Shown here: one piece after another, positions 20,329 to 29,823 of the stretch
Position numbering within the stretch: the first letter of the stretch is position 1
How the letters are laid out: every line of letters starts with the position of its first letter
Assembly (NCBI GenBank): GCA_002794465.1
Contig: MTSL01000050.1
Coordinates: 75,087-107,086 of the forward strand
Direction: 5' to 3'
Length of the DNA stretch: 32,000 bases
Source: Paramicrosporidium saccamoebae KSL3
Taxonomy: Eukaryota > Fungi > Cryptomycota
The notes under the pieces: generated by a model
Seen by the model: the letters and a program-made list of their open reading frames with translations, nothing else
The model's database searches: none
Told to the model about the DNA's origin: nothing
Position numbers and translations under genes: made by a program

Positions 20329-20451
20329 TAAGAAATGATGTAATAAAGACTATTTTGCGTCGACCATGCAGAGTGGCATAGTCGAGTGATATTATATAGT
20401 GGCGGTTTGAATTAATGGTACAAAATGGCAAACAGATCTCGGAGACGACAA

Positions 20452-20476
20452 TGTCGCGTAGTGGGGATAAAGCCAC
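20452..20476 (+). repeat. Copy of the dispersed intergenic element
   Basis: tgtcgcgtagtggggataaagccac matches 7776-7800 and 30831-30857 read on the minus strand. Confidence 0.75.
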
Positions 20477-20682
20477 AGACGGGAGGGGGGTCGTCCACTG
20501 CTAATCCTAGAATAGTATGGATACACATTTCACTGTCCTCAAATACCCAGCAACTAATCAACCCTCTGCCTCTACGTCACAGTAGCAACGTGCGTTGACA
20601 GTGCGGAATAGCACAGTCAGGGTCTAAGCTTGAATAATTGGATTCCTTACAACAACTCCTTTGCGCTGATAATAACTGCATT

Positions 20683-21123
20683 TTATACAAACGAAAGCAG
20701 ACAAAGGACGACGTAGGACAGAACTGAGAACAGCGGAATGGTCCAGAAACCATACACCGGCCAGAATGCAATGGTTAAACCTAAAGCCGAGGTGATGCCA
20801 GAGAGTGTCAGCACTTGCACTGGTCTTCGCATCCGAACCCGCCAATGTCGGAACGTCGCACCCCGCTGTAACACGTGTCGCCAAATAATCAACAACAGGG
20901 TGCAGATAATGAATACAAGTCCGGAAGCAATGCCCACATGGTACGGCCTGCTCCACAAAAGCGTTGGGTTTAGGAGTAGGGCAGGAATTCGACTAGAATG
21001 AAGCAGTATGGCGCCCCCAATGACGACTGTGAGACGAAATATGGTATCTAATGCTGATGGACCGTCTCCCGGAACCTCGTCAATTTCAACTCTTTTCTTA
21101 CCCGAGCCCTTCTCCCGAGGCAT
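20683..21123 (-). CDS. Small multi-pass membrane protein, TMEM128-like (146 aa)
   Basis: Four hydrophobic segments. C-terminal W...R.P...L.GI.SALGLTIAFWPVYGFWTIPL resembles the TMEM128 family pattern (recognised from memory, not searched). Confidence 0.6.
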   Translation of the reverse strand: MPREKGSGKKRVEIDEVPGDGPSALDTIFRLTVVIGGAILLHSSRIPALLLNPTLLWSRPYHVGIASGLVFIICTLLLIIWRHVLQRGATFRHWRVRMRRPVQVLTLSGITSALGLTIAFWPVYGFWTIPLFSVLSYVVLCLLSFV

Positions 21124-21521
21124 TATCGACTGAAATTATCAACTGAAATTGATTTTGTTGTTGATATTAACTAATGTCGAAGAACATAGGTGTTTGCTCG
21201 TCAGTTTATTTTAAAACCGTAAGTGATATGCAAAATCAAGACAGTACCACGGACACAGCATTTTGGTTACTTGATGGAGCTGCGTCAACCGCAATCAGCT
21301 AGGACAAGGTGCTGATTGCTCCCAATAATGCTCTTGTTCACTAACTACACTTGTGTTTCAGTGGCTTATCCGATCTAAAATCATCTCCATTATCCGCATC
21401 ATCCCACCATTCCCCCATCACTATTCCGCCATCGGTCCAAGTACAAGGTGACTGCCTCACTTTGCCTCATTTTTACCAATTTTTTACTCAATTTTTCTTT
21501 TATTGCCGCTCAGTAGCTACC

Positions 21522-22655
21522 ATGGGAATCCACGGACTCTCTCGGGTGATTGCTGACAATGCGCCCAAGGCGATGAAGGAGAATCAGATAGCGCAATACT
21601 TTGGACGAAAGGTTGCCATTGACGCCTCCATGAGTATCTACCAGTTTCTCATTGCCGTACGCAGTGAGGGCAGTGTGCTGACCAACGAGGCTGGCGAGAC
21701 GACCAGCCATCTTATGGGAATGTTCTATCGCACCCTCCGAATGATTGAGAATGGCATTAAGCCCATCTATGTGTTTGACGGAGCACCGCCTAAATTAAAG
21801 TCGGGAGAGCTTGCAAAACGACTGGATCGTCGGAATGAAGCTGAAGAGCAGGCCCGCCAAGCCAAGGAGAGTGGGTCAGTCGAGTTAATGGACAAGTTTA
21901 GTCGAAGAACCGTCAAGGCGACGAGACAACACACGGAGGACTGCAAGAAATTACTCACTCTGATGGGTATCCCGGTGATTCAGGCGCCCTGTGAAGCAGA
22001 GGCGCAATGTGCTGCCTTGGTGAAGCAAGGACTTGCGTTTGCCGCAGGATCGGAGGATATGGATACTCTCACCTTTGGAACGCCCGTGCTTCTCCGCCAT
22101 CTGACGTTCAGCGAGGCACGCAAAATGCCCATTTCCGAGATTAGTATACAGCCTGCGTTGGAGGGACTGGGTCTCTCAATGGACGAGTTTATTGATCTTT
22201 GTATCCTTCTTGGCTGCGATTATTGCGATTCGATTCGAGGCATTGGTCCCACCCGTGCCCTCGCCCTCATCCGTCAACATCGGAACATTGAGACGATCCT
22301 GGAAAATCTCGATCGTGACAAATATACCGTGCCAGAGGGATGGCCTTATAAGGAGGCGCGTGATTTGTTCCAGCATCCCAGTGTTCTGGCTGCGGATGAT
22401 GAGCAGATGCAGATTAAATGGGAGCGGCCTGACGAGGAGGGAATCGTCCAGTTCTTGGTGACAGAGAATGGTTTCAACGAGAAGCGGATTAGGGCGGGGG
22501 TGGAGAAGCTTATAAAGGCAAAGGGAACGTCAACACAGGGTCGGTTGGATACTTTCTTCAAGGTGGTTGAGGGAAAGCGTAAGGAGCCGGAGGTGAAGAA
22601 ACCCACTCCTGCCAAGGGACCGAAAAAGAGCAAGACTGCAAAGGCGGCCAAATAA
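21522..22655 (+). CDS. FEN1: Flap endonuclease 1 (377 aa)
   Basis: Motifs [61 protein letters not shown], and PIP box QGRLDTFF. The real ATG is at 21522, not the TTG at 21351. Confidence 0.98.
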   Translation: MGIHGLSRVIADNAPKAMKENQIAQYFGRKVAIDASMSIYQFLIAVRSEGSVLTNEAGETTSHLMGMFYRTLRMIENGIKPIYVFDGAPPKLKSGELAKRLDRRNEAEEQARQAKESGSVELMDKFSRRTVKATRQHTEDCKKLLTLMGIPVIQAPCEAEAQCAALVKQGLAFAAGSEDMDTLTFGTPVLLRHLTFSEARKMPISEISIQPALEGLGLSMDEFIDLCILLGCDYCDSIRGIGPTRALALIRQHRNIETILENLDRDKYTVPEGWPYKEARDLFQHPSVLAADDEQMQIKWERPDEEGIVQFLVTENGFNEKRIRAGVEKLIKAKGTSTQGRLDTFFKVVEGKRKEPEVKKPTPAKGPKKSKTAKAAK

Positions 22656-22906
22656 ACCTAATTTTGTTTTGGATGCTGTCTATCTCGAAAGTATTGGCGA
22701 ATCTACAGCATGAATATGCTTTAACCTTGTCCATACTGGGTCGACACAGGTCCGCACCTTGTAGTCATGCTCGAATACAAAGTAATATATGCCCGCTAAA
22801 ATAATGACTGACACGGACACATTCCATACTCACAGAGAGCGCACCGACAATTAGGTTGAAGGCGTATTTGGGAACAATTGGTGCATTCATCGGCTCACCG
22901 CGGTCA

Positions 22907-23515
22907 ATGTCCGCCTCCCTCAACACCGACCCCTCCATCCCGCTCTCTGCCAATCCTGACACTCTCCAGCCTGCCACCTCTGGAAATGTGATATCAAACA
23001 TTCTCTCTGAATCGAGCCATCCCACTGCGCTAATGTTCCATGTCGGCTTCCGCACCGCCGCGTTGTTTGTCTATCTCTTCTCCTCGCTCCTCATTGGCGC
23101 CTCTTTTGTCCTCACCTTTGTGTTGACGGTTGTTCTGCTGGCAGCCGATTTCTGGACGGTAAAGAATGTTACGGGACGCATATTGGTGGGCCGACGGTGG
23201 TGGAGCGACACGGCCGCCGATGGTACGACTCAATGGACCTTTGAAGCGCGCAAGGGATGGCAGGCCAACCCGATGGACTCGCGTGTCTTCTGGGGCACTC
23301 TGTATGGTTACACCGCCGCTTGGATGCTCCTGGGACTGGCGGCCCTACTGAGATTGAGCTTTGCATGGCTGCTGGTGGTGGGATTTGCATTGATGATGAA
23401 CATTACCAATCTAATTGGATACTCCAAGTGCGATCACAATGTGCAGACGGCATCGCCAATGTCGGGGATGGTCGGTGGCTATGTAGGCAGCAAGTTAAAT
23501 TCCTTCTTTTCCTAA
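22907..23515 (+). CDS. TVP23: Golgi membrane protein TVP23 (202 aa)
   Basis: Motifs SHPTALMFHVGFR, LLAADFWTVKNVTGRILVGRRWW, DSRVFW, NLIGYSKC. First ATG at 22907. Confidence 0.92.
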   Translation: MSASLNTDPSIPLSANPDTLQPATSGNVISNILSESSHPTALMFHVGFRTAALFVYLFSSLLIGASFVLTFVLTVVLLAADFWTVKNVTGRILVGRRWWSDTAADGTTQWTFEARKGWQANPMDSRVFWGTLYGYTAAWMLLGLAALLRLSFAWLLVVGFALMMNITNLIGYSKCDHNVQTASPMSGMVGGYVGSKLNSFFS

Positions 23516-23855
23516 GTAAATCAGCCTTCACCAGTGTTATCAGATAGACTAGCGGTATTGAGCGCTGATGATGGTCTCAATTCAAATTGTCCCGTGACGA
23601 ATCGATTAGCGTTTAGGGTCTGATTGTCCTTACTTGCAACCCAATCTGCCCCCACAAACCAATCCTGTAGACAACCTATTATGCTCCACAAACCAGCCCT
23701 CCTTCCATGCATACGATAACAGTTTCTGTATGTAGATTGAAGGATACCCTCGATGCACATGTTTGTCTAGCGACCAATAACAACGTGACGCGCTTCTGAT
23801 TGGCCCATCCAAGAGGATTATTTATAGCAAAAAAGGCCGAGGTTGGGAAGGAACC

Positions 23856-24560
23856 ATGGACGACGACGACTTTAGTGCAGACGCTCTCGCAAAAAACCGT
23901 GCAGCAAAGGCGGCAGAGCAACGGCGTGCACAAGAGGCAGCCATGCAGGAGGACCCCGAACTGCGGGCCATCCTTATGGAGAGCAAAGCCGTGCAGAAAG
24001 ACACACTGATAAGCACGCAGAATTCCGTGCGTACCATCAAAGAGACGATAGTGGTGGCAGATAAGACGAGTGCTACGCTTAATGCGCAGGGCGAACAGCT
24101 CGACCGTATCGAAAACAAGGCGGAGACGGCAGATGCCAACGCCACCGACTCTTATGCCAGTGCACGAGAGTTGCACAAGTACAAAGGCTTCATCCCGCTG
24201 TCTTTGAAGAATACATTTACAGGTGGAAAGAAGCGGGAAGAGGATTCAAAGCTAAAGTCTATGAACAAAAAGTTGGACCGGGAAGAAGGTCGACTGGACC
24301 GCGAGGCGGAGACGAACAGGCCCAACTTGGCGGGGACGCCAAAGACGGCGGGTGATTCGGGCGGCGACGAGACGGAGCGACAAATCAATGAAAATCTGGA
24401 CGAAATTTCGGCTGGTCTAGACCATCTGCAGGCCCAGGCGACGTCGATGAACCAGGAGCTGTCCCGACAGAATGTTAGCATTAAAAGGGTGGAAGCCACC
24501 ACTGAGCATACTGACTACACCATTAACTCGGCTAACCGAAAGATTCAAGAATTCATGTAG
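23856..24560 (+). CDS. SEC9: Qbc-SNARE of the Sec9/SNAP-25/SNAP-29 type (234 aa)
   Basis: Two SNARE motifs (TSATLNAQGEQLDRIE; ERQINENLDEISAGLDHL...MNQELSRQN). No TM segment and no Cys cluster. Confidence 0.8.
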   Translation: MDDDDFSADALAKNRAAKAAEQRRAQEAAMQEDPELRAILMESKAVQKDTLISTQNSVRTIKETIVVADKTSATLNAQGEQLDRIENKAETADANATDSYASARELHKYKGFIPLSLKNTFTGGKKREEDSKLKSMNKKLDREEGRLDREAETNRPNLAGTPKTAGDSGGDETERQINENLDEISAGLDHLQAQATSMNQELSRQNVSIKRVEATTEHTDYTINSANRKIQEFM

Positions 24561-24580
24561 AGACCGAGATGGGGGTATAT

Positions 24581-24688
24581 AGAATGAAAAGAGACGTATG
24601 GAAAATGAAAGGAGACGTGTAGAGAATGAAGTGGGACGTGTAGAGAATGAAATGAGACGTGTAGAGAATGAAATGGGACGAAACGTAG
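24581..24688. repeat. 21-bp minisatellite, about 5 copies (consensus agaatgaaatgagacgtgtag)
   Basis: Units start at 24581, 24602, 24623, 24644 and 24665. Confidence 0.9.
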
Positions 24689-24730
24689 AGTAAATAGTAA
24701 ATAAAGCCAAAGAACCATTATAACCACCCG

Positions 24731-24795
24731 TATAACAGTCCATCCATATGACAGTCCATCCATATAACAGTTCATTCATATAGCAGTCCATAATG
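24731..24795. repeat. 16-bp minisatellite, about 4 copies (consensus tataacagtccatcca)
   Basis: Units start at 24731, 24747, 24763 and 24779. Confidence 0.85.
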
Positions 24796-24862
24796 TATAA
24801 AAGTTTATGACTTTGAGGTACAAACATAAAGGTATTACGACTCTAAAAGGCCCATTGTGCTT

Positions 24863-26199
24863 TTAGAACCGGAAGGGGTCGTTGGTATAAGAGGTAAAGA
24901 GGGAGACAGCCCGTTCAATCTCTTCAGTGTCAAAGTTGCTGGCATGGGCAAGATCGTCTACTGTGATTGCCGGCTCACCCAACACAGCCTCTTGATCTGC
25001 ACATTGGGCCTCCATAAGGCTTCGGATGCATTGTACCGGCTGTTCTGAAAACTGTCGCAGCACCCGTTCATGTGCCACTGACGCTTTTAGGGCCGTGGTC
25101 ACTTCACTAATCTTCTGGTCAAGCAAGGCAATTTCCCGTTGCTGTGCCACAAGGTTGGCGCTCATGGGACGAGGTTTGGACGGATCGTCAATTTCCACAT
25201 CAATGTCCCAAATGGCGGATCCTTCCATACGGCCCACCCCTACTAAATATTCTAATTCAATCGGTTCAGGCGGCATTAGATGCGGATCCAAACGCGCAGG
25301 AATTTCAGTAAATGTCATCTTATCGCAACCAAATAGCCGTTGCAGGGTGGCGTCATTGTTGACCACCTTTTTCTCGTCGCTTTCCTGCAGTTTGTGCAGT
25401 TTAATATACTGCCAAATGGCAAGGACAATTTGTGGCCGGGTAGCCAGTTCCAGATCAACAACCTCAGAGAGTGCAGCTGACACTCGGAATCGTTCTGGCT
25501 GATAGTCCAACCGGAGCAGAATCCGCACCGGCACATCCTCTGACCCCACCCGACGAATCTCAAAGCCGTCCGTTTCCGTCAAGGGACCCTTAATCCATTC
25601 CACCAGCTGGTCTGTCTCCTGGCCGTCTCCGAGTTGCACTACTAGAGACTTGATAAAGTGCGAAAACGGCTTGGCAACAGAGCGTCCCTGTCGTCCATAC
25701 GACTCTACCCGTGCGTCAATCCGCAGCGTCCAGCAAGGCGGGTTGCTGGGCTCTACCGGCACTCCAAAGGTCGGCTGGTTCTCGGAAAAGTGCGAAACAT
25801 ACACCTTCAGTGTCCTCTTTACCTACAAAGTCAGTTTTACGTCTCGCAGTCCATGTACCTTGTTCACTTTGAAGGCAGCATCGGCGATCTGCGTTTGTTT
25901 CCGCGTTATCTTGTGGTCCAGGTCGCGTTCCAGCTCAAGTAGTTTGTGATATGCACTGTCGTTTCCCACCAGTTCCTCCAACTACAGATGAGAATAGCGT
26001 CCAAAAACGTACCGAAGGGACGACCGGGACAATCCTCTCAGAGTCCATTTCGACTGGCCAATCAGAGCAGGAGAGCTGGAGCCCTTTATGATGCCTTTTT
26101 CGGGATGATGCATTTTTCGACAAGAGCTTAAAGTGGCGGACTGAGTATCCGCAAATAGACTAAACACGGAATACCATGGTACTGCCGCAGTCCTGACAT
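24863..26199 (-). CDS. SMARCD: SWI/SNF-RSC subunit SMARCD/BAF60/Snf12 (SWIB domain); exons 26199-26175, 26140-26013, 25981-25859, 25822-24863 (alternative start 26048)
   Basis: Motifs AYHKLLELERDLDHKITRK, KRTLKVYVS, WTLRIDAR, FSHFIKSLVV, DGFEIRR, and SWIB IVLAIWQYIKLHKLQ. Introns of 34, 31 and 36 nt; the first exon is tentative. Confidence 0.88.
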
Positions 26200-26341
26200 C
26201 TTATGCTGTAGATTGCAGATTGGACATTGGCAGTGTTGGTGAACACATCAATGGTAGTCTTGACAATTGCCATCATTGGATATCATGTTGTGGAAAAGTA
26301 CTCTCCCCTTCATCAAGCCTGCATGACCAAATAAACACTCT

Positions 26342-27730
26342 TTATTGCAACGACTCGACCGCAAGCTTCTTCAGCGGACTGGGACAATCATTGGGTAAAC
26401 GACTGAGCAGCTCTGGGATCTGCATAAGCGGTATTCGGGCCAATAATGTCTCCCTCGTGTCGACTGTCTCTCCCATCTCACTCCTTGCACTCTGTACAAT
26501 TCCACGTCCCACCAACATATCGAGGGCCGCACGCATCACCGTTCTGGAAAACTTTCGGGCAATTAGGGAGCCATCGTTGATCTTTGCAGAGGCTGCAAAG
26601 CCTTGGCTGTACTCGACGAAGAGCATGTCAAAGTTGATGGACTCCTCGGGATACTTGTTGGAGGCTCTTTTTAGGGCGATCAAAGCACACCATTCCGCCA
26701 TGGAGAGATCAGGCAAATGGTCATCAGATTCTTGGAACTCCAATTCCGCCTCCAAACTGGCTAGAATCATGTTCAAGTCAAACTCTCGCTCTTGCTCACA
26801 TTCAATCAATGCGTCAACCTACATGTTACGAACCCCATACCTTTTTACAAAGACGGCCATTGCGGGAATAGGATCACAGCAAATGCCATATTGACCCTCC
26901 AAGTAATGCAGCACTTTGTCATCTGTCAAGACCATCTAACTGTCAATAGCCGCATCATCCCATACCTCCACACTGTCCTGATACTTTTTCCACTGTCTCT
27001 CCATTCCACCCATCAGGGTGGCTCGAATTACTTGCAGATATTTTTCAAAAGTCCTTGGATGTGGCAAATAAATGACGTTTTGCGCAAAACGCGACTTGAC
27101 TCGCTTTTCTAGCATGTCCATTACATCCTACATGGATAAATCCATCACCCCAATGTCGGTATACGCATCTGGTTGTTGTGCAGATTACAAATAGCCGTAG
27201 GGTCGCTGTGAGGTCAAATATGCTGTACAGGAAATGCTGGTTGGCAGCCGCAAATCGTTCAAAACACTGGAGGACGACGTAGAGTGTATCGTGGGTGGCG
27301 AGATAGTCGCAGATGCACTGAGATAGCTCTTCATACGTACGCTACAGGATTACTGGACAATCCTGGTGCTAAATACAGGGAGGGGGCATTTGAGGGCAGC
27401 TTGAAAAACGTTGAGGATGGAACTATTTTCGGAGCATTGTACGCCGTGGAGATAAATCACAGCTGGATTATCCAAGCTCACAAGCTGTTTCTTTACGAGC
27501 TATGCCTGTTAGGTATGAATGTTTGGTACAGAAAGTTGAGCAGCGGACTGTGGACCGAGGAGGAGAACAGACGTTCCATGCGGTTGGGAGGGTTTCACCA
27601 GTGAATTCAGTAGTCTACACTATCATCATTGCAAACTTCATCACTACTTTGCTTCCTCGTCATAATGAGCAGTTGGATAGGCTAGCGCATCACCCGAAAT
27701 GGCTCTAAGAGCATGATTCCATGGTTCCAT
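26342..27730 (-). CDS. ORC4: Origin recognition complex subunit 4; 7 exons 27730-27648, 27614-27530, 27499-27377, 27341-27165, 27127-26966, 26935-26849, 26818-26342 (397 aa)
   Basis: Motifs GTSVLLLGP, NQHFLYSIFD, DVMDMLEKRVKSRF, LSMAEWCALIA, INFDMLFVEY. Six GT-AG introns (33, 30, 35, 37, 30, 30 nt) give a continuous 1194-nt frame. Confidence 0.92.
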
Positions 27731-27910
27731 TAATGCTTAAGCATTGATCGAATATTCTTATCCACTTTGAGATAGTACAACTACGAACCAAAGATGATAC
27801 TAAGAGACAGTCCTCTCATAGTCTCACATACAAGGACCACTTTTAAGCACATATGATGCGAGTACTTGTAAATGATCTAGTATTTTTATTCAAGAGGAAC
27901 TTTCAATTAT

Positions 27911-28564
27911 TTAATAACCACCACGACCGCCATAACCGCCGCGACCACCAAAGCCACCACGACCTCCACGGTCACCACCAAATCCACCACGGCCGCCAAA
28001 TCCGCCTCGAGAACCACCACGACCTCCAAAGCCGCCGCGACCTCCACGATCACCGCCAAAACCGCCACGGGATCCTCCTCGACCGCCACGGCCGCCAAAG
28101 CCACCGCGACCACCAAAACCACCACGACCGCCGGGTCCCTTTGACTTGGGAGCCTTGGGTCCTTTGGGCTTGGGGAGGAAACGCTCCAGGGGAAGAAGCT
28201 TGTCTGTTCCAATGAAGACCTTGTCCGTACTCTTGAACGACGTGGCCACCACACCCTCTGTCACTTTTACTGAGAAATAAACCTGGTTGATGGGACCAAG
28301 AATTTCATCAACACGTCCAATCTGTGTCTTGTTCTCCAAATAAATGGGTGCATTGAAGTAGGGAATCTTTTCATTTGTCGATTTGCAGACCATGTCGCCC
28401 TCGCAAGCATGCATGAATGTTCCCATCGGCTCAATTTGGTCAGAGGACTGTTCCTCATAGCCTCCACGACCGTATCCACCGCGGCCATATCCACCACCAC
28501 CTCCACGACCGCCGCCGTAACTACCGCGACCTCCGCGTGAACCGTAACCTCCACGTCCACTCAT
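27911..28564 (-). CDS. GAR1: H/ACA snoRNP subunit Gar1 (217 aa)
   Basis: RGG-rich termini flank the core [14 protein letters not shown]...[25 protein letters not shown]. Confidence 0.97.
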   Translation of the reverse strand: MSGRGGYGSRGGRGSYGGGRGGGGGYGRGGYGRGGYEEQSSDQIEPMGTFMHACEGDMVCKSTNEKIPYFNAPIYLENKTQIGRVDEILGPINQVYFSVKVTEGVVATSFKSTDKVFIGTDKLLPLERFLPKPKGPKAPKSKGPGGRGGFGGRGGFGGRGGRGGSRGGFGGDRGGRGGFGGRGGSRGGFGGRGGFGGDRGGRGGFGGRGGYGGRGGY

Positions 28565-28685
28565 AATTCTGTAAAGGGTTCTCGAATCCCCGGCCCGGAT
28601 GCATTACTAAATTAATTATTGGGGTTTGTATTAAAGGCCCTTTATCCCTGGTCCCTAATCCAACGGTCCACAGTTGGTTTATAAC

Positions 28686-28758
28686 GGGTAGTCCACAATT
28701 TGGTGGCCCATAATCTGGTGGTTCATAATCTGGGGGTTTATAGTTGGTGGTTCACGCT
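28686..28758. repeat. Degenerate 14-15-bp minisatellite, about 5 copies (consensus tggtggttcataatc)
   Basis: Units start at 28686, 28701, 28716, 28731 and 28745, in the divergent gap upstream of GAR1. Confidence 0.7.
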
Positions 28759-28801
28759 TGTGGCTGACACATATAATTATCTTACCACTGTTTAAGATCC
28801 C

Positions 28802-29716
28802 ATGCCGACTTTGGAGGAATGCAATGCCAAGGAATTCTGCAAATTGCTCATAGAGAGAAAGAGCTTATTACGGAATGAGCGGGACTGCAATGTCTTCCTG
28901 TTAGACTTGTGGGCTTGGTTCAAGATTCGACAAAAGACGCTTTTGCCCATTCAATTACAGTCTGTTACGTGCTTTCTAGAGACGGTGCTACAACAAAGCA
29001 GTTCAGAGTACTAATGGGTTCATCGATAATGTTTAGAATTCAGCAACGCTTTTGCTATTCATTTATTCGACACATTTGTAACATTGAGTTGACCATTTCG
29101 GAAAGCAGACAACTACCTAGTCTTTACAAGCTGGGACTGGGTCGTCTTGATCTCTGCAAAGCCACAATGTCAGTGACACGACAAAAGATTCTCGACGACA
29201 TCAGTGCAGTATGCACTGGTGCATCTCCCGATTATGTACGCAGCTTCTTGTAGCTCATGCTGTTTAGACGAGGATCGCTGGACTGGCAGAAAAGTGTCTT
29301 TGTATGAGTCTGAAGCGAGAGCTCACGTGCCAGATCTTTGAGTTGGTGGCTAGGTGCGCTGGTACTCGACCGGAATTTAGAAATGTATGGGCTTCTACCA
29401 TCCTGGATCATGAATATATTTTTCATTCGCTCTCCACAACGCTGAAAGAAGCAATTCTCCTTGCATTCCCCGACATTGTCGAATACTTTGTATGTTCTGT
29501 CTCGCCTGTAATGACATTTAGATGTTGAAAGACATGGGCTCGTGGGTGATGCAAAAGCAATTGAATTGCCAGCCGGGCCAGTTGTTTTCCAATCCCCTCA
29601 CCCCCTCTCTTATAAGCAGCCATCAAAAGACTATAGACAAGCTGTTGAACGCATTTGCCAACTTGCCTGTGCATGGGGAACTGGAAACGGCCATCTGGAA
29701 CTTTAACAACACATAG
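28802..29716 (+). CDS. Hypothetical alpha-helical protein; exons 28802-29007, 29037-29235, 29268-29489, 29522-29716 (273 aa)
   Basis: Four separate ORF-track fragments join in frame through three GTA...TTTAG introns of 29, 32 and 32 nt. Family not recognised. Confidence 0.75.
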
Positions 29717-29823
29717 CAATGTATGGCAACACGTAACAACGATGACAGAGGGTCTCCATGGCAACGCGGGTTGTTATCTGCTTGTGGCAACAGACGACAC
29801 CAACACTTCTGTGCACATTGATA

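Noticed and set aside
20452-20500. tRNA or Pol III gene suggested by the A-box-like TCGCGTAGTGG in the dispersed element
   Set aside because: No B-box (GTTCRANNC) or cloverleaf follows any of the copies.
26819-27647. All six 3n-length introns contain in-frame stops (apparent NMD-driven selection)
   Set aside because: Ascertainment bias: stopless 3n introns would not break ORFs and could not be detected by my method. It needs RNA-seq.
5933-27730. Clustering of replication and repair genes (ORC3, APN2, FEN1, ORC4)
   Set aside because: They are interspersed with unrelated genes in mixed orientation. In a very small genome of core genes this density is plausible by chance.
27732-27745. Perfect 14-bp palindrome AATGCTTAAGCATT just before the ORC4 ATG
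   Set aside because: About two such palindromes are expected by chance in 32 kb (32000/4^7), and it is AT-rich with no second example.
28540-28750. Minus-strand open frame with NYKPP/DYEPP/DYGPP repeats upstream of GAR1
   Set aside because: It has no upstream ATG, is bounded by a TGA caused by the 14-bp units, and overlaps the GAR1 start out of frame.
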